Source of the DNA: Antedon mediterranea
Taxonomy: Eukaryota > Animalia > Echinodermata
NCBI RefSeq assembly: GCF_964355755.1
Contig: NC_092674.1
Location: 8,494,001-8,558,000 of the forward strand
DNA length: 64,000 nt
Direction: 5' to 3'
Below, in pieces: positions 49,191-61,100 of the stretch. The notes under the pieces are model-generated. The model had not been told where the DNA came from. It did not search any database and saw only the letters and a list, made by a program, of their open reading frames with translations. Numbering within the stretch: the stretch's first letter is position 1; each line of letters starts with the position of its first letter. The position numbers and the translations under genes were made by a program.

Positions 49191-52100
49191 CTAAACGGTG
49201 GAACAATTATCAAGTGAAGGTGCGGCAAGAGTGATCTCCGGTAACTCAAATTCTGAACCGTCTTTTCTTCCTTTCAACCAAAACGTTGTTAATGGTTTTT
49301 TTCCCTGAAATGAAACGGGTACAATAATGAAATAATGCCATTACAACACAAACCGCCCGATTTGTAATACAACATTAATAAATCATATGTATGCAATGGA
49401 TGTGTTTCCAAAACAAACAAAAGCAAAATTTGAAAACTCTACAAAGTGAAATCCGATTGATTGATAGATAACAAGGCCATATAGATGGCTGCAGTCACGT
49501 GCTCATTAGTGTTTACCGACCGACCGGCCAACCGACCGTCCAACCTACCAACTGACCAAAATTGCTGAACAAAATGTTGAAATGTTGAAATGTTTAAAAT
49601 CATTTATATTTTTTTAATTTACACGTGCGTAGCCTGTCACTTTTGACGTGCTCGTATAACGTAATTTCGAGTTGAAAAGTAAGTCAAGAAAACAGAAATC
49701 GGGCAATAAGAGTGCGTAATAACATTTAACGCGAAGTGCGCGCGCAAAAATCTGCGCACTCATGGCAATTTTGTAAACGCTTAAAATTGCCTGAAACGTA
49801 CTCTTATTTCATCGAAAATAAATTTTGAAAATTTTAAGCGCGCGTACGGATGCGTTACATGCGCTACGCACGTAATTGTATTGCCATATGATGATTTATG
49901 CCCTGAAATTTATGAGTACCAAATTTTATTTAATTGTGATTGATGGTTGTGAAGATATGATTACAAACGTGATTTCGTTAAATCATGCGTAGACCGTGTA
50001 ATTTTTTATTGCGCACCGTGAAAACATAACCACATCGATTCCTGGCCATAAGGAATATACTGTGAAAAATTGACTTAGCTAGATTAAACTGATATCAAGA
50101 TAAGGTCATATACAAGTTAGTGTTTACCGACCGACCAACCGACCAACATAGTGAGCTGTAGAGTCGCGTTGCACGCGACTAAAAACAACCTCACCTACTA
50201 AAGTGTGCTTACACTGGGAATTAGAGAGCTTCATAAGAATGTTACTAAAATCAGTATTAGACTAAAGCTTGGTTCCCACTAGAACGTAACGCAAGGACGT
50301 AAACGCAACGCAAGCGTTTTAACCAATGACAAGCGAAGTTATAGACAGTTAGCAATCACACGCGAATAAGCCATCGCTTGTGATTGGTCAATTCACTTGC
50401 GTTGCGTTACGTCCTTGTGTTGCGTCGCTAGTGGGAACCACGCTTTAGTAGGTGGTAGTGGTGGACATATGCGATAGTAGTGGTAGGCGGAAGGCGGTAA
50501 GTAGTAGTGGTAGGCGGTAGTGATAAAGTGGATAAGTTAATTTACATACCTTTACGGTTATTTCTCCTCTTTTTTCCATATTAAAAGTGTCAAATTTGCT
50601 CAAAATATTGTGAGTTGCACTACTTACATGGACCATCATTGCTGAAATATTAATAATTAAATCGTGGCTGTAGCAATAGCAATCAATAGTAACATACGCT
50701 GGTGGTGGTGGTGGTATTGATGGAAGTGTTATTAGTTGGTATTATATTGTTAGTTTTGGTAATGGTAACAGTTATAGCGTTATAAAAATTTGGAACAGAT
50801 TACCAAGTCACATTAAGCACTTAGACGACTATAATCAGTTTAAAAAACATTTAAAAGCACTATATTTCAAAGAATGTTACGATACTAATTGATGTGAAGC
50901 GCCGCTGATTATAATTAAATGTTGTATAAATGTGCGCTATACAAGTAATAATAATAATAATAATAATAACAAAAACAGTTACGGATTGTAATTATTATAG
51001 GTGTATAGTTACTTTATATTATTATACTGTAGGCCTACTAATAATTATGTTCCTACACTTACCTAACCCACTTGACTCCATCCTAGAAGCCGTGTTTACT
51101 GTATCTCCAAACAGGCAATATCTTGGCATCTTTAGTCCAACAATTCCAGCTACAACTGAGCCTAGAATGAACAAATTTTGGCCGTTGTGATTTTTTTTCT
51201 ATTTTATCCAAAAAAAAGTAGTGAGAAAACTCTAATACAGAAAGAGTAGGATAGAAACTATCTGCCATATTCCTTCTACAGAAAGTTACAGTGTTAACTT
51301 GTGCTGTTTGACAGAAGTATTAATTTGTCTTTCTTAGCTTTCTATCAAGATTTTTTGTAACGACAAAACAGTTTTTCCTAAAATTGTTGTCATTTCTGAG
51401 AGGTTTAGTTATTTTTTATTTCCAACTACAAGTTATGTAATAATAATTATGTTACGTTATTTATACTGTATTACGTTGTCTACCTGAGTGAATTCCAACT
51501 CGTAACTGCATCCGATGCCCAGGCCTGTGTCGAATACTGAAGTGTTTAACTTTGTTTAGTAATGCCAGAGCCATACCGGCTATTTCTCCAGCATGATAAT
51601 TACTAATTCTTTCTGGTAATCCTGATACTACCATGTATGCATCTCCAATTGTCTCAACCTACAGAATATAAAGATATTTAAAAAAAGTTAGTATAATAGT
51701 TTTTAGCGGTTTTGATTCCTTAGTGTTCTTAAATAGTGCATTTAATTGTAAAGTTTAAAAAAAATCGCCCTATTAATATTACAATGTATAGAAAATATAT
51801 ATTTAGGCAAAAGTGCAAAAAAAATGTTTACCTTGTAGACGTTGTAGTGATCTATGACATCATCAAAAGCTGTGTAAAGATCGTTTAACATAGCAACTAC
51901 CTAAAAACATAAATTGTGTTACACAATAATGAATAGAAAAATTCTGAAGAACATGACTTTCTGTACCTTTTTGATTTGTCTTCGGAAAAAATAATCTTAA
52001 TAGCGCAGTCATTAATTATCATTTTACTAAACCTGTAAAGGTGTGCTCTCCGATGCTAGCTTTGTAAATCCGACAATATCACTAAAATAGATGGTAACCT

Positions 52101-55100
52101 CTTCAAAATACTCAGCCTCCACTTGTAAACCTTTCTTTAACTGATCAGCAACAGATCTGAAAAAAATTATGAAAAAAGAGTAAAAAAATGCATGTATTTC
52201 TTTTCTATAAAAAGTATAAAAGAGTTTGCGCAAAGTGGTATCCGATTCTTTTTAGTTTGTACTGCATTTAGACTATTGCGTCAGTATTGACTTTGCGCAT
52301 GTACAGCAACTGTTATAATAAGTTTTAAAAGTTTGTGCAAAGTGATTTGTTCTTTTTCGTACTTCATTTAAAGTTATTATTTATAAACTTATATTGTGTA
52401 GGCCTAATAAATATTACTAGTCACCGTCTCTAATCAATTAAAAATGGTTACAACGTTTGTCTACCTTGGTAGCATCTGGTACAGGAGTTGATCTGTTTTG
52501 TGTTTCTCCTCTTCAAGTTCTAATGTTCGGTCATGAACCAATTCTTCTAAATTATTAGCATATTTTTCCATCATACTTATCATATTATCAACAATGTTTA
52601 TTGATCTGGAAAGAATCATATATATGCGTATTTAACAGTAGGCCTAGCAATATTAATAGCTCTTCACATTGAGACCACCTATAATGTATATAGTATACTG
52701 TAGTCACTATTCTGTGAAATCATGTCATAACTGCTGTTAATCTCAGAATGTGGTACACATCATCTCATGCTTGTGTATTTTACCTATTTTTCTTATGAAC
52801 TAAGTTCCTGTCCCAAAACTAAGCAAATGCGAAAACTTTTTTGTTATTTCTTGCAATACAATCAATCCTTTTAAAGCAAAGTTCAAAATTGCACCATTAT
52901 GCTTCTCATTAGGTGAAAAAAATGAGTAACATGTAAGTAGAATAGTGTAACGCTCTGCCTACCTCTGTCCACACTATAAAACTATAGTTTGATAAAAAAG
53001 TGTGATGTTCCAAAATATAGTCATAGTCATGTCCATATATGGGCAAATCACATTTGTTGTCATATTCTGATACACAGAGCTTAAGGCTCATATTTGAATG
53101 TAGATGTGTATCTTAATGTTCTTTAGTATTTAGAACCAAAAATAATGAATCGTTGTAAAGCGAAAACATACTTGCCACCAGAAATCTTTTTAAGTTCAGA
53201 TTTAATTTTTGAATAAGTTGGTCTTTTTGTCGGCTCTTCATCCCAACAAGATTTAATCAAGAGTAACATCTGTCTCTTACATGCATCGACAGGAATGACT
53301 GGGCGTACATTCGGGACCGTTCCCAGTCTCACTGATTCGATAATATCTATAATTAAAATGTGAATTAGTTATAAATATATATGCCATAAAAGTGGAAAAA
53401 GTTGCCGAAAATAATTAAATTAATTTTGATATAATTGGAACTTTAATCAAATTTGGAACGCCTATACCAATAGTAAGATTATTATTTTTCAGTGGTATAC
53501 ATCCTTATCGTATTAAACCTTATATTTCACCTTTTGGTTCCACAACCTCAAGCATGCTGCTAAACGGCCCAGTCCGGAGGACGATCTCCTGCAGAATAAT
53601 CCCAAAGGCGTATACGTCACCATGAACTTCCAGAACGGGTTTGAAGCGTAATAACTCAGGGGCAGTCCAGAATAACTCTTAACAAAGCAAAGCATTGATA
53701 GTCCAGTCAATCTAGTGATATTTAGAGGTAAACCCACCACAAATTGCAATAGTAACAAAACATTGATTTTTTCATTCCAAATGTAGTTTAGAATGACATA
53801 TTAAAAGTCACCGAAAATTGAAGCATTGGAACACATTATTTTTTACGTAATCTCAACAACTATATAGTGATTTTATTTAATAAATATTTTGGGGTAGGGG
53901 GTAACATTTATGCCCATAAATTGTGGTTTTATAATCCAATCTCAATAATCTTAATATCAATGTGTAGAATATATATTTCTTTCTAATATGCAATTTAAAA
54001 AAAACAAAATACAACATTTATTTATATAACTAGAGGTCAAAAGGTTATTGACCTTTTACAAAAACTCATTTTTTTCCTTTAAAAAATGATTAACTGTAAT
54101 ATTGTGCCATAATTGTATATGCATTTAATCAAAATTGTGTTTTATCTGTACCTATCGATATATAAAATAGGAAACATGATGTTAACTAGAAGAATTTTAA
54201 AAGTAATGATGTACTATTCTTATTGAAATTGATTCTTGATCAAATGTAATGTAAACAATTTTGGGGTAGGGGGTAGCGTTTATGCCTATAATCCATTGTT
54301 TTATAATCATATCTAAATAGCTTTAGTACCAATGTGTAGAGTATATATATCCTACTAATAATATACATTAAAAAAACAATTAATACAACAGTTATACGTA
54401 ACTAGAGGTCAAAAGGTCATTGACCTTTCAAAAAAACTCAAATTTTCTTAAAATAGCGTAAAACTAAATTATGTTTATATATATTATATTTATATTTTGG
54501 AAGTATTTGGTGCAAATAATTTTTTTCCTGTACCTATTGTATCGTCATGAAATAGGAAAAATGATGCTAGCTAGAAGAACATTAAAATTCATTAGCGGTA
54601 TGTACTATTGTTGATTAATTAATGAGTCTTGATAATTTGGAATCAACTCATGATTTACTATAGATAGATTTTTGATAATTTTAGTATCAACGAATGTACG
54701 TAATGACAAGTATTTGATCTTCGCAGGGTTGCGTCTTCTCTCCTCTTCTGTATATTATATACACGGATGACTGTCGGAGCAAACAGGACAATAGTCATCT
54801 TTTCAAATTTGCTGACGACACTGTCTTGCTGGGCTCCTTCAAAATTCACAGGACGGTCATGGTTCCGCATTAGATGGTTTTATCCAATTTTGTGGAAACT
54901 CCTACTTGGAACTCAATGTGACCAAAACCAAGGAGATAATTGTAGATTTTAGGAAGGAGAAAGGACGCAGCCCTCTGGTATCCCCCACAAATGACAAACC
55001 AGCGATATTGCCCATTCCTTTAAATACCTAGGTACTATATTTGAGGACAATCTCAGCTGGGAATTAAATACAGAGGCAATAGTAAAGAAAGGACACCAGA

Positions 55101-58100
55101 GACTTCATCTGTTAAGGAAGCTGAACCATTTTAATGTCGATAAAGTAATTCTCATGGTTTTTTATAATTCCTTTATTGAGAACTTTTTAACTTTATATGC
55201 TGGTTTTTTAGTCTTATGGTCAAAGAGAGAAACTCACTACAAAGAATTGTTAACTTGAGTTCTAAATGAATAGGTTGTCAACTTCGTAGCTTATCTTCCT
55301 TCTGTGACATGCAAACTCTAGAAAAAAGTAGAGCTATTCTAAAAAATGTTAACCATGCCTTGTTCAGTGATTTCGAGCTCATGCCTCATGGGCGTTGCTT
55401 TCAATGCCCGGCATGTAGAACAAACTGGAAAAGAAATTTGTTTTTGCCATCCGACCCTTAAATTCTTGAACTGTGACTCTTGTTATATTGTACTGTATAT
55501 TGTGATATTTTTGTATATTTTGTAAGATCATTTTAATCCAGACCTTTTTATTGAATTGCTCCGTGTGGGATGATATATTTTAATCCTTCAATGCCATTGC
55601 ATTCAAGTATAATCTTTATTCGTTCCCACAAGGAGAAAATTCACCACATGTAGTTCTAATTACCCCTGAATGTTTCAAGAAGATACTCAGGTTCTGGCTT
55701 TAAGTCTGTGTGTAGAGGAACCAGGTTTCTATCATCTGATCTTCCATCCCCAATCCTCAAACACATATTTATTTATTTTATTTATTCGACTTCTCACTAA
55801 CTCAGTTAGTGAAGGATCTGGACCAACAGGTGGTAAACACCTCTAAAATGGTTCAGTCCCAATTTGCACAGTGGCTGTGTGTGACAGTGGCTGTGTTTGT
55901 GTGGACTAGTACACCGGGGTAACCCCCTACTCGTCTCGAAAGATGTACTAGGTTCTTTAAAGTGCGCATGAGCTAGTGTACACTGGACCTACGGTTTATA
56001 GTCCTTATCCGAGAAGACTCGTTCTACCACCAGAACCATGGAGCGAGTGAGCCTCGAACCCTTGCCGATTTTATGGCTACGTAATTACGGTTCCACTGTC
56101 TTAACCGCTCGGCCACTCACTCGCTTTATCAACCCCACTCCATTGCTAAAAGATATCTTGAACTTGAACATGATGTTAAGTACCTTGGTTGTGGTACGAT
56201 TATGAAGTTGGCGATATGCTAGGTTGTACTTGTAGATGGGATGGAGTCAAAGGCATTCCACGTTGTCCAGGTAGTCCATTGTACAGACGCACTAAATCAT
56301 TTTCTCTAGCAACCACAATGTCATCCTTTGTAGCTTGTTTGCATCTGAAGACTACAGCATCATGTAAGAAATAAGTGCAATGACAAGCTTTTTATAGAGC
56401 AACTTGTTTTCCAATTCCGAAAACTCTGGATGTTGTGTCACCAGTATCGCATGAGCAAACAGAAGGTTATCACAGATGTCTCTCAAATGTACTGTTTGAA
56501 CCAGTTTGATAGTCCAGCATCTCAGTTCCAGTCTAAAGAATATCACAAGATGTTTTAAATGCTTGACTGCAGAGGAGCACTAGTAGATCCGTGTCATCGG
56601 ATAATGACAGATATTTTCCTGTTTGCCGATTCAATGGTTGTTTGTACTATCCGAAAGAACATTACCATGTGCGCCGTCTTTGGTGGATGAACCGCTTTCA
56701 TAATTATCAAAGACTATGATGGCAGAGCAATATTTTTTACAGATCTCTACACTATTCCATGGAATGCTGTGCAGTAGAGCACTACCATCTAAAATGTAGG
56801 CCTACTGGACATCATTCAGTGAGTTGGATGTATTAGACTATTCAGAAGAAGTTGTTTCCACGTGGCATCATGTTGGTTTATTAGCTGAAAGTATTGTAAG
56901 TTGGTAGTTTCAAAAAGTGCTGGTGGATAACAAAGTCACCTCGAATCTCCTCTGGAACTGTAGGATTGATGCACACATATGACTTTATTGCCAGGATCTT
57001 GAATACATTGCAAGACTTTTCTAATATTCCAAGTCACCTGCAGTAACTCCTGTGTCAATGGTATGAAGTCTCTGAGTCGTAACCAAATGGATTTTTCAAT
57101 TGCCATTGTGTTCCTGACGTGTGGCCATAAGGTCTTATGTTGGCCACTGCTGGAGTAACGCCCTGATACTATTGCAAGGCATTACATACATTTCAGCACA
57201 GATTTGGTCTGGATGTACGCATTCCTATATCTCTTGTCAAACCTCTGGTTTTCTTTGAGGCTTCTCATAGAAACTTTTTCAATCACCAGGTCTGTTGACA
57301 ATCCAGCCCAGATGGTCCGAACGTCATACATACAACATGGAGGTCATTGTCAAACTGCTGTTGAACATTTTTGTATTTCTACTGGTTAAAAAATCGTTAA
57401 AATACTTATACATCCCAATATAAATACTGTAACCATGGCAACACAAATGCCATCTGGAAAAAATGGAATGTAGATCATCCAGAAGCAACAGGAACGGAGA
57501 TGTCGCTCATCTGCATCTTGAACTGGTCATGTGTATCGCGTTGGACTGAAATGTTCACCCCAGAGTATCCCTGTGTGTTTACCATTGTTGTTTACAGCGA
57601 AAACAACATTTTTAGCCAAAATTGACACATTATGTTTTTTTTTCCGCAAAAAGGACATTCTAAATAAAATGTTATGACTATAAGTTTGATATCACTGAAT
57701 AGAAAATTTAATAAGCTTTCGGATGACATAAATCCCACTTCTATATAATGTATTTTATATGGTTAAATATATGTAATTAATGGGGCATATTAATTTTGAC
57801 TTAAAATGACCTTTATTGACCTCTGACCCCTTGACCCAATGCTTGGATTTTCGGTGACTTTTAGTATGTCGTTCTACACATTATATAGAATTAAAAAATA
57901 CTAGCTTTGTTACTATTGCAATTTGTGGTGGGTATATCATTAGATTGACTGGACTATGAAGTAATACTTAAAGTCTATAATATCTAGAAATTAGTGTAGC
58001 TGCCAAAATTCGCCTATTCGGATGGCACAAAGATAGCTTAGCACTATCAGTGTAAGCAAGATATAAATATCCATAACACTGTAAACTGCAATTTTCAAAT

Positions 58101-61100
58101 AGGCCTATAGTATTTTATTCTTTAGCCGACTTACTTATACTCTTTCCTTCTACGGTTTTTTTTTGTCAATTGAAATTCTCCAAAAACTAGAATTTTCAAA
58201 TGGTATTTTAATCATTAGCAGACTCCCTAGATTTTCTTTCATTGTAATTTCTGAACGAAGTATTTGTCAATTTAAATTCTCATTTTTAAATAGTATTTTA
58301 GTCTTTTAGCAGACTTCCTATATTTCCTAATTAATTGTACTTTCTGAACTTTAGGAGAGGTAATTTGTCAATTGAAATTCTCCAAAATTGCAAACTGAAA
58401 TTTTCAAATAGTATTTTAATCTTTAGAAGACCGTTCTATCTTATTTCTATCATTTTACTTTTTAAACGTTGGCAGCTGTATTTTGTCAAATAAAATTCTC
58501 CGAATTGCAAACTGCAGTGTTCTATGTATATGATATTGGACAGAAACTTTCTTTCATTCTGAATGTTAGGAGCGATTTCTTTTTAATTTTCATTCTCCAA
58601 ACTATAGATATTTATTATCTAACAAGATCATTGTTTTATACATACGTCTACAAGTTATGTTTTCATCCTCTTCGGTATCGATTTCTTCGTTTCTTCTGAA
58701 TTGAGTTAATCCAAAATCAGTCAATTTACAAACCCAGTGACTGTCCACTACACAATTTGAAGATTTTAGGTTCCCATGTTTTTTCATCGGACTCTGGGAT
58801 AAAAATTCCAATCCCTGAAAAGAACGAATTATAACCATAATACTGATATGCTTTGTTATAGGGATAAAGTATGTAAGTGTTGAGGCGCTTTGTATACATA
58901 TAATAATATTATTCATATTATCGCCTGGGCTATAAGAATGTTTACAAGCGTAAACGATTTTTGGATGGCCTACGATTATTGTAAAAATATTATATTATCA
59001 AAATGACATTTATAGAACACATTTTACAAATCATTTTGAAATTTTACTATTTCTGTATTTGTCAACTATTTAAAACCCGGTAAGTCTACCCTTTAAATCG
59101 GTAATACAATCAAACTTCAGTAATTAAATAATATGATGAATTAGAGATTAACTGATGAATAGAATAACGGTATTCACCTGAATAATGTCTGAAGCAAACG
59201 ACAATTTGAAATTCTCGTCAATAGAAATGTCTGTGTTTTCTAATACATCTGCCAGACTGCCTTTGTTGCAATATATCATGACGTAACAGATGTCAGGAGC
59301 AATGGTGCACGCGCCTACAAACCTATTTATGTTAGTATGTTGTAGATCTATCATCTTAAAGAAAAACGAAAATAGTAAACACAGATAAAGAAGAATTCTG
59401 CAAATGAGATTCGAACTAGGACATTTTTCTACTTGATGTCTTATTATCAAACTCCGATTGGATATTCTGCACTTTTTAAGTTTAGCCATTCGCTTAGGAA
59501 AATAGCAGATATAAGCATTAATTATGTATTTCTTCAAGAAAAAATGTTAGGTATACTTTTATATACGTTACTTATATTTTTAATATACAATCATGATCTC
59601 ATGTTATAAAAACAGTCCTGGCAAAAGTGATGAAAACATAATGCAAAATCAAAGGAGACTAATATTGTGTATTTTGATAATATACGTGTGTTTCATTTAA
59701 ATGCATACGATTTGTGTGGTGTATAGGCCTACGTGTTTGTGGTGAATTGCTTGTTCCGTATAGTTCTAGTGGTAACCAAGCTTGTGGTGCCTTCTGTATT
59801 TTTACATACCTGTTTCATCTCAACGAGTAACTCTCGATCTATTGTTATACTTGATTTTCTTACTTGTTTAATTGCTACTCTGTTTCCCTTTAATAAAAAT
59901 AAATGAATTGATGAAATTCAAACAAACTATTAAAGAAAGTCGGTCCTACATATTAGTAACAGTTAACAAATACTTGAAGTAATACCATGTACCGTAGTTT
60001 CGTAAGCTTTCGATTTACGACTCGACCGACGACCAACCTAGGTCAGGTCAATCGATGTGACGTCGGTCGTCGTCTGGACCATAAAAAAAAAACATCAAAT
60101 CTGTGTTGAGGTGAGTAACGAGGACACACGCCCCAATCCCAATATCTCCGCATGTGCACAATCAACTACATCTTCTTGACCCAATAGAGAGGTTTCGCAA
60201 TCTTACGAATACGATAACGAAAACGGATACGTCACGCACACGTATTCGTTTTCGTAAGCCATAAAAAATCTGTTTCGAATGGCAACGAAATATTGAGGTG
60301 CGTCCAAAATATGACTGCGGTAAATTTGAGCGAAGCGCAGGTACGTATTGCTTGGTGCTTGGCTGCCTAGGCCTAGCGTAACATCAAAGCGAGTGAGGAC
60401 TTTAAAAACTGCTATTTATCAAAATTGACTTGGCACTTTAGTAAATTACTTTAGTAAATTACTTTCAATAAATCTAGTATTATATTATAATCATGAATCA
60501 TTTCTGATTCAAATGCAAAATGTGCAAAATAGATCAAAAACTATACTCGTTTTGTTGTTACGAATATGACTGGTGATATTCGTCAACACGAATACGCTTT
60601 ACGAATATGAAATGGGGATCAGCTCAAAAGTTTCACAAATGTATGACGTATCCGTTTTCGTTATCGTATTCGTAAGGTTGCGAAACCTCCCTAATGTGTC
60701 GTAACAGACTGCAGTGTTTAACAAATGTTTTGTCTCCTTAAAAATGAGTATAGAGGGGTGTTCCAGAGCTACAACTCCACAATGCAATTTATGCTCTTTA
60801 TTGAAAAAATAAAAACCTATTCTCTACCTTGTAGTAGCCGACTTTGCAAAATTTCTGGCTTCCACCAAAAAGTGAACTATTCATACCGCTCTGTACAGAC
60901 GTTGGTCTATTTTCAATAGCTTGCGTTTTTCCTGTTGTTATACTTTTGTTTGATATGTTTTTTGAAGAATAGTTACTTGTTAAATGAGACCTCTGAAAAA
61001 TGTACAAATCTTATGATAGATTTTATTAAGGATTTTAACTAGTTTTTAAACTTAGTAATTGTATCTATTTTTTGTATAGTTCACACATATTTCATGTTTT

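Larger units (their letters stand above)
53699..57956 (-). mobile_element. Academ-superfamily DNA transposon, decayed, with nested insertions
   Basis: Imperfect TIRs of about 125 bp starting TAGTCCAGTCAATCTA; 3-bp TSD TGA; frameshifted minus-strand motifs [42 protein letters not shown]...[13 protein letters not shown] and [15 protein letters not shown], which I recognise from Academ transposases. Confidence 0.85.
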
